64,000 nt of DNA, from positions 32,001 to 96,000 of the IMG/VR virus record IMGVR_UViG_3300045988_179616. One strand, given 5' to 3'. Made by a program: the position numbers and the translations under genes. Below the pieces are notes generated by a model, which ran no database searches, was not told the origin of the DNA, and worked only from the letters and a program-made list of their open reading frames with translations. The stretch comes from a virus. This document shows, one piece after another, positions 42,551 through 51,358 of this stretch; positions within the stretch are counted from its first letter, which is position 1, and every line of letters starts with the position of its first letter.

Positions 42551-45517
42551 ATGAGTTGGTTATCTTTTACCTATAGCAACGGTCGCCCCAATATTATTTT
42601 TAATATAGATTATTCTAAAAAAAGAATCAGTAACGCTACTATGCGCTATACTTTTACAGTAAAGTGGAATTTAAAATATAGTGATTCTTATCTTTATAGT
42701 GGCTATTTTCTCAAAATAAAAGCGACCTGTGAAAATTCTTCCAGCGGTTGGCAAATTATGCGAAATTATAGTGATTCAACGACAGGGACAACCGTACATA
42801 CTTTGACCTTCTCTTTAGATGTTCCAAGTACAGCTGGTGGAACTTCACAGACAATTACTTTTACTGGATTAAATGACAGTTCCTATGATTCAAACTATAT
42901 GAACTTTTCGCGAAGTGGGACTGTTATAACGGATGCTCTTCTTTGGACAAATTGTTCTTCAGCATCTAATATTCTAATTCCTTCTGTTTTTACCCCAAAA
43001 GACGGACTAGAAGTAACTTGGACCAAAGGTAGTGGAGGAACTAATAATCCTATAATTGGTTATGATGTTTATTTATGGGGCTCAGCCTCTGGAACCTATC
43101 CCTCGACTTCACGATATGATTATAAAATTTCTACTACATCTACTAGTGTTACTTTTTCATCTCCTGAATATCAAAGTTTTTTTGATAAATATCGTGGATA
43201 TTTTTTCTATATAGGAATAGTAACAAAAAGTCAATATAATACAACTTCTATGGCTTATAGCAATAGGGCAGTACTAAATGTACTGCCCCCTGCTCCAACT
43301 TCTCCAGTCCGGGAAAAAACAATTAGTTCAAATTCTACCGGGGCCACTTTAACTATAACCCCTGGGACCAAAACCCCAAATCAAGGATATACTACTACAT
43401 CTGTTTATTATAGTACTTCAGCCAATTCTAATTATCAAAAATTTACATCTGACTCGACCCTCTTACCTAGTGGAGCAACTTATTATTTTAAGACTTATGA
43501 TGGAAAAGAATATAGTAAAAATTATATCGAAGTACAAATTTTAAAAAATATCGCTCCAACAGTAGCTCTTTCTTTTAATAGTAGTAATTCAACCAAAACA
43601 ACAGTTTATAAAAATGGAGTTTTACAAGATAACTACTATGAAAGTTTAAATTTTTCTTTTACAACGAATAAATCTTCTGGAACCATTAAATTGTATCAAA
43701 AAGGAGAAAATTCAGATAATTTAGTTACTTCTTATTCAATAGCTTCGACCTCAACCCAAAAAAATTTAAATCTTAGAAATTGCGGTTTTCTTTCTAATGT
43801 CTCTCTAGAATTTTATGCTATTTTTAATGACGGAATAGAAGATTCATCCGAATCTATTCATACTACCAACATAATTATGATATCCGCTCCTCCAAGTTTT
43901 TTGACTACATACAATCAATTTGCTCTTTCAGATATAGTTGGAACAACCAAAGGACATTTTTATGATAAGGTTCGTTTTGTATATGATTATGATAGCTATT
44001 ATTACAATGGGACTTTTACTTCTAATCTTTCTAATAATTTTATTAATATTACAAAAGATAAAAGTGAAAAACAAATGTGGTGGGATGTAACTTTTAGTAC
44101 TGCCTCTTTTTCAAATGGCGAGACTGTTTCATTTTCAAACGTTTTAAGTCAAGAAGAATCAATAACTTCTTTAGGAAATTTAATACGTGCTCAAGAAATT
44201 AAGTTTGTAAATGATACTTTAAAGAGAACTATAAAACCTTTTTCATCTGAAGATAGTTTTTCTCTCTCTCCCTTTTATCTTAGTACAGAAAAAACCTTAG
44301 AGGCTTTTTACGCTGAAAAAGATTTAAACAAAAATGGAGCAGACATAAAATTAGTTTTTAATTCAATAATTTATAATGAGATAAAAGAATCTGTAGAATG
44401 GGAAGAGGGAAATAACGATAGTGTTGCCGTTAAATTTAATTTTTCTGGAAAAGGTTTTTATGAAAAAATTAAAAATCTTATTCCTCCTTCTCGAAGCGGG
44501 AAAATTTCTTGTTCCTTGCAAGTTATTATTACAAATCTTTTTGGACAGAATTTTTCGAATAGCTACCCATTAATTTTAGATTATGATGAACCTATTAATG
44601 TTTCTAATTTTTCAATTTCAAAAGGAATTTATGGTTCTAATTCCTTTAATTTTTCTAATGGAGATAGAATCTGCGAAGGAATTAAATTAAACTTTGAACC
44701 ACTTATATCTATTTACAATGGCAATTCTTTTGACTATATGATTCAGATAAAAAGAGGTTCTGGAAATTTTATTGACTATTTAAATGATTGGCAAACAATT
44801 GAAACTCAGAATTTGGTTGTAGGACACAAGTCTCCAATGTCAATAAAATTATCAATTACTACTCCGACAGTTCAAGAAATCAGCTCAGGAGAAAACTGTG
44901 TTTTTCGTCTTTTAATTAGAGTAACAAATCAAACTTTTATATTTGATTCTCAAAGCTATGAAAGAATTAAATATATACCATCGGAAATTTCTTTTATCAA
45001 AGGAGAGTATTCAAAAGGAACTGGCTATTCTTTAGTTTATAAAATTACAGAAGGATATGAAACATTATCCTCCCCTCTACCAGAGGTAAAAAAAGTATAC
45101 GCTATTGGAGTAGAGAAAGAAAAGACAGAACTGCCTTCTGAAGCTTGGGAAAAAACCAATATAGTATATTCTGGAAGTCCGATGGGAGAACACGAAACTT
45201 TTAAAGAGGTTTCGTTGCAGACAGAAACTACCTTAACTGTAACTTTTGGGACGGTAAAGGTTCAATTAACAAAAAGTGCCACTTCTAATTCTATTTTAAT
45301 TTATTCTTTGGCTCCAACAATTTCTTATAGACAAAATAACTTAGGATTAAATACTTTCCCAAACAAAACAGATTCTGTTTTAGAAATTTCTCCTTATAAA
45401 ACTAGAGATAAAATTTATTTAATTCCTCCTACTGAGAGTATTCCTACAGTAGCCTTTGATTTAACAAAAGGGACTTTTTTAAATTTGATAATTGATTGCG
45501 GAGAAATTACTATTTAA
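42551..45517 (+). CDS. Ser/Thr/Asn-rich baseplate or receptor-binding candidate (988 aa)
   Basis: Large ORF after Tal with beta-rich, low-complexity composition. The call rests on position. Confidence 0.45.
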   Translation: MSWLSFTYSNGRPNIIFNIDYSKKRISNATMRYTFTVKWNLKYSDSYLYSGYFLKIKATCENSSSGWQIMRNYSDSTTGTTVHTLTFSLDVPSTAGGTSQTITFTGLNDSSYDSNYMNFSRSGTVITDALLWTNCSSASNILIPSVFTPKDGLEVTWTKGSGGTNNPIIGYDVYLWGSASGTYPSTSRYDYKISTTSTSVTFSSPEYQSFFDKYRGYFFYIGIVTKSQYNTTSMAYSNRAVLNVLPPAPTSPVREKTISSNSTGATLTITPGTKTPNQGYTTTSVYYSTSANSNYQKFTSDSTLLPSGATYYFKTYDGKEYSKNYIEVQILKNIAPTVALSFNSSNSTKTTVYKNGVLQDNYYESLNFSFTTNKSSGTIKLYQKGENSDNLVTSYSIASTSTQKNLNLRNCGFLSNVSLEFYAIFNDGIEDSSESIHTTNIIMISAPPSFLTTYNQFALSDIVGTTKGHFYDKVRFVYDYDSYYYNGTFTSNLSNNFINITKDKSEKQMWWDVTFSTASFSNGETVSFSNVLSQEESITSLGNLIRAQEIKFVNDTLKRTIKPFSSEDSFSLSPFYLSTEKTLEAFYAEKDLNKNGADIKLVFNSIIYNEIKESVEWEEGNNDSVAVKFNFSGKGFYEKIKNLIPPSRSGKISCSLQVIITNLFGQNFSNSYPLILDYDEPINVSNFSISKGIYGSNSFNFSNGDRICEGIKLNFEPLISIYNGNSFDYMIQIKRGSGNFIDYLNDWQTIETQNLVVGHKSPMSIKLSITTPTVQEISSGENCVFRLLIRVTNQTFIFDSQSYERIKYIPSEISFIKGEYSKGTGYSLVYKITEGYETLSSPLPEVKKVYAIGVEKEKTELPSEAWEKTNIVYSGSPMGEHETFKEVSLQTETTLTVTFGTVKVQLTKSATSNSILIYSLAPTISYRQNNLGLNTFPNKTDSVLEISPYKTRDKIYLIPPTESIPTVAFDLTKGTFLNLIIDCGEITI

Positions 45518-45569
45518 ATTTGACTTTTTCTTTAGAATGAATTATAATAAAAGAAAAGGAGGGGAAAAA

Positions 45570-45953
45570 ATGAAAATTAGTTTATATAATTTAATAAACG
45601 TGCTGGCTATAGAAGATAAGCTTTCTGCACAAAAACTTCCAATAAAAGTTACTTATCGTCTTTCAAAGATTTTCTCATGCGCTCATGAGGAAGCAAATTT
45701 TTATCAAGAAAAACTTTTAGAAATTTTAAAAAACTATGGTGAGAAAGATTCTAATGGAGAAATCATTACCTCTGAAAATGGAACTGTTTCAATTCAAAAA
45801 GATAAGATAGATGAGTGTTCTAAGGAGTTAAGCGAGCTTCAAAATTTAGAATTAGAAATTCCAGATTATTTTATTTCTTTAGATAGCTTAGAAACTATAA
45901 AAATTTCTCTCGATGAAATTTCAGTATTACTACCATTTATTTGCGAAAAGTAA
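45570..45953 (+). CDS. hypothetical protein (127 aa; track start 45492)
   Basis: The ATG at 45570 is preceded by GGAGGGG, and a strong terminator lies downstream. Confidence 0.45.
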   Translation: MKISLYNLINVLAIEDKLSAQKLPIKVTYRLSKIFSCAHEEANFYQEKLLEILKNYGEKDSNGEIITSENGTVSIQKDKIDECSKELSELQNLELEIPDYFISLDSLETIKISLDEISVLLPFICEK

Positions 45954-45964
45954 ATAAAGACCCA

Positions 45965-46017
45965 AGCCCGTTTTCGATTTGTTATTAGAACTTATCGAAA
46001 GCGGGCTCTTTTTATTT
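45965..46017 (+). terminator. terminator
   Basis: 14-bp stem agcccgttttcgat...atcgaaagcgggct (one G-T pair) followed by ctttttatttt. Confidence 0.75.
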
Positions 46018-46071
46018 TGGAGTAAGATTCTTTTATTCGCTTATAAATAGAGGAGAAAAAGGAGGGATAAA

Positions 46072-46413
46072 ATGGCAGGATATAATCCATATGCTACAAA
46101 TTCATATCAGGGAACTCAAATGTTCCCACAACCTCAAGGAAATGTTTATACCCTAAATAACTCAATGGAAATTGCTAATATACCCGTTAGTGGTGGTATT
46201 TCAGTTGGCATCTGTCCAAGTGAAAATCTTATGTATATAAAAGCTATGGTCAATGGCGCTCCATCTTTGATGGTATATACAATCACTCCTTGTGAAACGA
46301 AACAAAACTTACAAAATGATGAAGTTTCTTCAAGACTAGAAAGACTTGAAGGTCAAATTGAAGAAATCAAAAAACTATTAGGCGGAGGAGGCAAGTTAAA
46401 AAATGAACTCTAA
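46072..46413 (+). CDS. hypothetical protein (113 aa)
   Basis: ORF with an AAGGAGGG RBS. Confidence 0.5.
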   Translation: MAGYNPYATNSYQGTQMFPQPQGNVYTLNNSMEIANIPVSGGISVGICPSENLMYIKAMVNGAPSLMVYTITPCETKQNLQNDEVSSRLERLEGQIEEIKKLLGGGGKLKNEL

Positions 46414-46621
46414 TATGTTATCAGCTTTAATGAATATGGGCCACAATCAAACTCAAACTCCGACTCAAATAACTCCTCCAATTGATCCTGAAAAGATGAA
46501 ACAAATGATACCGAATTTAACAAAAGAAAACCTTGTCCAATTAGTTCAACGGGCTCGTTTGCAAGGAATACCCGAAGACCAAATCGAACAAGGTCTCAAC
46601 TTTATATTAAGTTTAAAATAA
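46403..46621 (+). CDS. hypothetical protein (72 aa)
   Basis: ORF overlapping the upstream gene. Confidence 0.45.
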   Translation: MNSNMLSALMNMGHNQTQTPTQITPPIDPEKMKQMIPNLTKENLVQLVQRARLQGIPEDQIEQGLNFILSLK

Positions 46622-46669
46622 CTTTTGCGTCCGGGGCATAAGTTATAATAAATAAATGGAGGAATAAAA

Positions 46670-47359
46670 ATGATGAATGAAGGACTATCAGTAGGTGATA
46701 TCCTAGCTCTAACTCGCGACCAAGATGGAATGAGTAATGCATGGAACAACCCCTTTATCTATCTTGTCTGGCTTGTATTACTTGGAGGTAATGGAGGTCT
46801 ATTCGGAAATCGTGACAGCAATGCCTTACAGGGTGCGCTAACTCGCTCAGATATGTTTGAAGGATTTAATAACCAAGACATCAATAGTCAGCTCCGTGGA
46901 ATTACAAATGAACTCTGTGATGGTTTTTATGCTGTCAATAATGGATTGAAAGATGGCTTCTATGGTAATCAAGGCACTATGAAAGATGGCTTCTATGGCG
47001 TCCAGGGCGCGCTAGCTGAGAACCGTTTTGCTCAACAAAATTGTTGCTGTGAAATTAAGGGTGGTATTAAAGACCTTTCTGCCGAAGGTTATCGTAATAC
47101 CTGCGAAATCACAACCGCTATTCATGCTGAAGGTGAAGCCACTCGCGCTCTAATCAATAGCAATACTATGCAGGAACTACGAGATAAATTAACTGAAAAG
47201 GATCGAGAGGTCCAGGCCCGTGACTTCCAGCTATCTCAAATCGCGCAGACTAATAATATTGTAGGCCAGATTAGACCATGTCCTGTTCCTGCATATGTTA
47301 CCTGTAACCCTTGGGGAAGCAACCATAACTATAATAATGGTTGCGGTTGTGGAATTTAA
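46670..47359 (+). CDS. Cys-rich single-pass membrane protein with KDGFYG repeats
   Basis: 229 aa. It has a TM segment FIYLVWLVLLGG, a repeated LKDGFYGNQG/MKDGFYGVQG motif, and CCC plus a C-terminal GCGCG Cys cluster. Confidence 0.5.
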   Translation: MMNEGLSVGDILALTRDQDGMSNAWNNPFIYLVWLVLLGGNGGLFGNRDSNALQGALTRSDMFEGFNNQDINSQLRGITNELCDGFYAVNNGLKDGFYGNQGTMKDGFYGVQGALAENRFAQQNCCCEIKGGIKDLSAEGYRNTCEITTAIHAEGEATRALINSNTMQELRDKLTEKDREVQARDFQLSQIAQTNNIVGQIRPCPVPAYVTCNPWGSNHNYNNGCGCGI

Positions 47360-47402
47360 GCTTTTTACCGTGAATACATATCCGTATCGGAGGTAAATAA
47401 AA

Positions 47403-47819
47403 ATGATTGATAGCTATTCAAATACTTCTCAAGAGGTTGTGGCTGGAGGCAATATCTCCTTTGCTATAAACAGTATCCAAACTGGATGTACCGTAACTCA
47501 CAGCGCCGGTAGTACCACTTTCTCACTAAACAAGCCTGGTTTCTACTTTATAACATTCAATGGGACTGGTGCTATTACTGGAGCAACTGCGGGTACAATA
47601 ATTGTCTCCATGTTGAATAATGGAACTTTGGTTCCTGGAGCAACTGCTAGTGTTTCTTCCGCTTCAACAACTGATGTGCGTAGCTTAGCATTCTCTAAAC
47701 TCATCCAAGTAAAACCTTCTTGTTGTGCCGTAAATAATACCACTAACCTAACCTTCAACAATGCTGGTTTAGCTGCGACTTTTACTAATGTAAATATTGT
47801 AATAACTAAAATAGCATAA
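47403..47819 (+). CDS. BclA-C-terminal/C1q-like (TNF-fold) small protein candidate
   Basis: 138 aa. It is Ser/Thr/Asn/Gly-rich and all-beta in pattern, with LNKPGFYFITFNGTG reminiscent of C1q/BclA-CTD jelly rolls. Confidence 0.35.
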   Translation: MIDSYSNTSQEVVAGGNISFAINSIQTGCTVTHSAGSTTFSLNKPGFYFITFNGTGAITGATAGTIIVSMLNNGTLVPGATASVSSASTTDVRSLAFSKLIQVKPSCCAVNNTTNLTFNNAGLAATFTNVNIVITKIA

Positions 47820-47831
47820 GGAGGCACAATT

Positions 47832-48137
47832 ATGGTAAAATTCAAAGCACTATATAAGGGAATGAACGACGACCTAAAAGATGCAGAAATGATGATTGAC
47901 TATGCTTGCGAAATCAGTAAACACGAAGAAGATAAAGCGTTAGCAGATGAAATCGCAAAATACGCTCAATACCGACTAGAACATTTCATGAATTTTCACA
48001 AATTATTTGAAAACGAGGCTTCTAAAGAAAAGAATGTAGATAAAGAAACTGTCTCAGGGTGTATGTGGCATGAAACCCATGAAATGTTCCAGCATTGGTA
48101 TGATGATATTGAACGAAAAATAAAGAAATATTCCTAA
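47832..48137 (+). CDS. hypothetical protein (101 aa)
   Basis: ORF with a GGAGG RBS. It is the last gene of the rightward block. Confidence 0.5.
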   Translation: MVKFKALYKGMNDDLKDAEMMIDYACEISKHEEDKALADEIAKYAQYRLEHFMNFHKLFENEASKEKNVDKETVSGCMWHETHEMFQHWYDDIERKIKKYS

Positions 48138-48141
48138 TTAT

Positions 48142-48173
48142 AAGAGAGAAGGGCTTTATTGCTCTCCTCTCTT
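48142..48173. terminator. bidirectional terminator at the late/replication convergent junction
   Basis: Hairpin aagagagaagggc-tttatt-gctctcctctctt followed by ttatt. Confidence 0.65.
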
Positions 48174-48902
48174 TTATTCCCAATTTACGACTTCAACTTT
48201 TTTATAACAAGTTTCACTTATATATTTTCCGATTCCAACAGCGTCAGCTTCATCTTCAGTAAGACTTACATCAAACCAATCCTTTGCCAGTTGGCGCATT
48301 GAACGCTTTTTATCAGACCTTGAGCGCCCCTTTACCCCACAATGCGCGCGCCAGGTATTTGTTGGAGCAATTTTGAAGGGAACTCCTAAATCAAAACAGG
48401 TTTCCATCAGAATTCCTTGAAGTCGCGCCAGAGTCTCAAAAGTAGTCACGCCCATCTTTTCTTGATACTGAATACCCTCAATTCCGACAAAATCTATACC
48501 AAAAGTTTTTATAATTGAAACTAACCATTCTTTTATGATGTGGTCTCTAGCAATTTCTTCTAAATCAACGGGGGCACTAAAAATGCCATATTTGATAAGC
48601 TTTTTATCATCATAGATTGAAAAGCCAGAAACTTTTGTTGCTTGGTCTAATCCCAATACCCGAAAAGTGTCTTTCTTTTTAGGAATAGTTTTCAAAGTTG
48701 AAGAGACTAGTGGATTTTCTTTACACAAAGGGCAATCGCGCCGAGTACGAATTTTTTTCCAAGGAGCGAAAACATGGTGTCCTTCATTACAGGTATATTC
48801 GAGAATTTCGTCTAAATTATGATACTCAGTAGAAATTAAATTCCACCCATCTTTAGACAATTCTGCTTTTATATCTTCTATTTGAATTTTTGCCAATTTC
48901 AC
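48174..48902 (-). CDS. RuvC-like Holliday junction resolvase with an N-terminal Cys-containing domain
   Basis: Contains VLGLDQATKVSGFSIYD (first catalytic Asp), FVGIEGIQYQ (Glu) and LTEDEADAVGIGKY (C-terminal acidic residues). Confidence 0.7.
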   Translation of the reverse strand: MKLAKIQIEDIKAELSKDGWNLISTEYHNLDEILEYTCNEGHHVFAPWKKIRTRRDCPLCKENPLVSSTLKTIPKKKDTFRVLGLDQATKVSGFSIYDDKKLIKYGIFSAPVDLEEIARDHIIKEWLVSIIKTFGIDFVGIEGIQYQEKMGVTTFETLARLQGILMETCFDLGVPFKIAPTNTWRAHCGVKGRSRSDKKRSMRQLAKDWFDVSLTEDEADAVGIGKYISETCYKKVEVVNWE

Positions 48903-48912
48903 CCACTTCCTA

Positions 48913-49815
48913 TTATTTTAGCCCAGTAGAACCGAAGCCTCCATCAGCCCTTTCTGTATCTTTCATAACTTTATCTACCAGATAGAAATTAGCTTTGGGA
49001 ACTTCAGCGAGGACTAACTGGGCAAATTTCTCACCCTTATGAATGTAATGGTCCGTGCCATGTAGGATAGAAGTAATAATAGGATGGCCATTATTATCGA
49101 ATTCATAAGTAATATCTTGAATAGGTGCTTCCACATTTTCAACAATAACACAGACTTCTCCACGGAACCCAGCATCAATAGTTGCGGGGGTATTCGCGAC
49201 TCTTAACTTTGTCTTTAGACAACGACCACTCTTAGGACGAATCTGTAACTCATAACCATTAGGAATAGCAAACTTTAAGCCAGTAGGAATTAATTTTGTC
49301 TCTCCGGGATGGATAGTATAATCTTGTAGTGCATACAAGTCCATTCCACTATCATCTATATGCGCATATTCAGGCATCCGGGCCCCTTTTCGGCATTTCT
49401 CATAAGGAATTTGGATGTATTTCTTAGCAACTCCTTGAGTTTCACTGATACAGTTGGCTAGCCCATTAGCTAGTTGCTTCAGGAAATCTTTCTTTTGAGC
49501 AGAGAAGCCTTTTAGTGTATCAATCTTTTGACCTAATTGGACAAAATTTTGAACCATATCTTCGACAGTGGCGCCATTAGCATTTATCGCTTGGGCAAGG
49601 AACAAACGAGTATTTGCATTATTCAAACTCCGTAAGTAGCTATCCAAAACTCCAGGAGCTAACAAAGTGAATTTATCTTCGGGGAGGTCTAGTAATCCCC
49701 CAATTGCTTCAAGTGTATCTTCTTTGCCAGAAAGCTCTCCCATTAGAGAAGATAGTTGATGGACATCTTCTTTAGTAATTTCCTCTTGAGTAGAAAAATC
49801 AAATATCTCAGCCAT
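48913..49815 (-). CDS. dut: dUTPase with a roughly 150-aa N-terminal extension
   Basis: The C-terminal half carries trimeric dUTPase motifs: DSGMDLY, IRPKSG, IDAGFRGEV and GGFGSTG. Confidence 0.85.
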   Translation of the reverse strand: MAEIFDFSTQEEITKEDVHQLSSLMGELSGKEDTLEAIGGLLDLPEDKFTLLAPGVLDSYLRSLNNANTRLFLAQAINANGATVEDMVQNFVQLGQKIDTLKGFSAQKKDFLKQLANGLANCISETQGVAKKYIQIPYEKCRKGARMPEYAHIDDSGMDLYALQDYTIHPGETKLIPTGLKFAIPNGYELQIRPKSGRCLKTKLRVANTPATIDAGFRGEVCVIVENVEAPIQDITYEFDNNGHPIITSILHGTDHYIHKGEKFAQLVLAEVPKANFYLVDKVMKDTERADGGFGSTGLK

Positions 49816-50032
49816 CTAATTCCTCCCATAGCTCTCCAAAAATTTCAGTTATCTTGACTAACCATAGCTCACCGATAATCTCACCTTTGGCCTTTTTCGT
49901 TTTATAGGTGTATCCTGCTGAACCAATAGTAAATCCTTTTTCACAAGCATCTTTTCGATAATTTTCAATTACTTGCTTGGCTTCTTCTTCAGTAAAACAG
50001 ATAATTTCTGTTTTTTCTTTATAAGTTCTCAT
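49808..50032 (-). CDS. hypothetical protein (74 aa)
   Basis: ORF overlapping the dut start. Confidence 0.5.
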   Translation of the reverse strand: MRTYKEKTEIICFTEEEAKQVIENYRKDACEKGFTIGSAGYTYKTKKAKGEIIGELWLVKITEIFGELWEELDG

Positions 50033-50041
50033 ATATTCTCC

Positions 50042-50281
50042 TTAGTCTTTTACATCAATATTTAGAGAATCAAGATTATTTTTATCAATTGATGTTGATG
50101 AATTGCTTGTAGTAATTGTAGAATAACAGTTAGGTGTAGTTGTAATATTAGAACCATAATAAATAGTATAGCTATCTATTTTACCTTCATTATAAACCTC
50201 ATTCAGTAGTTTTTGAAGCTCTTCTTTCGTAAATTCTATCTTACCCTTTTCGTTATGAGGAAATACTCTAATTTTTGTCAT
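50042..50281 (-). CDS. hypothetical protein (79 aa)
   Basis: ORF in the operon. Confidence 0.5.
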   Translation of the reverse strand: MTKIRVFPHNEKGKIEFTKEELQKLLNEVYNEGKIDSYTIYYGSNITTTPNCYSTITTSNSSTSIDKNNLDSLNIDVKD

Positions 50282-50282
50282 A

Positions 50283-50882
50283 TCAATTCTCCTTTTGTGT
50301 CAATTCCATAAATCTTGGTAGTGTCTCAATCCAATCACAAATCATCTGCCAATCAGGTAGGCGATGATGACGTCGTTGTTGATAAATTGTTTTTAGTTGT
50401 TGATAGTTTGTTGTCATTCCGGCTGTTAGCTCAAAACCCATTGGAATATTATAAAGAATTTCAAGATACTTTTCATTCATAAGTTTATGAGTTTCTTCTG
50501 TTTTTTTCTCTAAAGAAGATAATCTATTATATTCATCAATTTTTTCCTGACAAATATCAATAATTCTTCTATCAACATAAACATTACATTGTTTAGTTAG
50601 AGAAAATTTTAAAACCTTATGCATTTTGCTTTGGCTTGAAATGGGCTCCATCCAATGATACCGTTCCGCTTGCATCCAAGCATTTTGACTAATTGTTAAA
50701 TCAAATTGGACAATAATTCCTTTTAGAGCATTATCATGTCCTTGACCAGTCGGGCAAGTAAGACAATTCCTAATACCAGGAGTAAGCTCACTATTCAAAT
50801 TTTCAATATTGACAGCCTTTGGATATTTAGCAGTTTTAATTGCTCGTTCAAGGCCATACACTTCAGTATTTTCAATCTTCAA
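50283..50882 (-). CDS. divergent ThyX-like (flavin-dependent thymidylate synthase fold) protein
   Basis: 199 aa. GQGHDNALKGIIVQFDLTISQNAWMQAERYHWMEPISSQSKMH aligns by eye with the ThyX gH.S.lEh..f.f.i.gvSR....ql.RHR..s.qqSqRY block. The C-terminal IPMGFELTAGMTTNYQQLKTIYQQR matches LP..t.t.i.....N.R.l.hf..lR. The canonical RHR, SQRY and R..LP residues are substituted. Confidence 0.45.
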   Translation of the reverse strand: MKIENTEVYGLERAIKTAKYPKAVNIENLNSELTPGIRNCLTCPTGQGHDNALKGIIVQFDLTISQNAWMQAERYHWMEPISSQSKMHKVLKFSLTKQCNVYVDRRIIDICQEKIDEYNRLSSLEKKTEETHKLMNEKYLEILYNIPMGFELTAGMTTNYQQLKTIYQQRRHHRLPDWQMICDWIETLPRFMELTQKEN

Positions 50883-51295
50883 ATATATCTCTCCTTTACA
50901 AAATCTCCATCTTCATCTATATAATAAACATTCTTGATTCCCAAATTTTTTATAAGCTTACTACAAGCAGGACAAGGTTTGCTACAAGCCCTTTCTCCTG
51001 TTTTACGTTCTCTAAAAGTAAAAATGGAAACTTTATCCCATTCTATCTCTTTTCCAATTAAAGGAGATAGAGCAGAAATTTCCGCGTGTTCACAAGAATT
51101 GGAATTTTTATAATCTTCAAAATTACGATACTTATTATAGTAAAATTGAAGAGGACGAGTTTTTGTAGAGTTGCAAGAAGCAGATAAAATTCTTTTTCCA
51201 CTAACAACTACTGCGCCGACTCTTGCTCTATCAAAATTAGAAAGCCGACACATTTGTTTAGCGATATTGAAGAAACTTTTTTCTCTGTGGGTCAT
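50879..51295 (-). CDS. dCMP deaminase
   Basis: Contains the zinc motifs CEHAEISAL and PCPACSKLI, and has the right size for a deoxycytidylate deaminase. Confidence 0.85.
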   Translation of the reverse strand: MTHREKSFFNIAKQMCRLSNFDRARVGAVVVSGKRILSASCNSTKTRPLQFYYNKYRNFEDYKNSNSCEHAEISALSPLIGKEIEWDKVSIFTFRERKTGERACSKPCPACSKLIKNLGIKNVYYIDEDGDFVKERYI

Positions 51296-51329
51296 TCTAT
51301 CAACGCATCCTTTTCTTTTTACTATAATA

Positions 51330-51358
51330 AGTATATCATAAAATTATTCTTTTTTCAA
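51330..51358 (-). promoter_or_regulatory. internal promoter TTGAAA-17-TATACT upstream of dCMP deaminase
   Basis: The minus strand reads ttgaaaaaagaataattttatgatatact, overlapping the 3' end of glyA. Confidence 0.4.
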
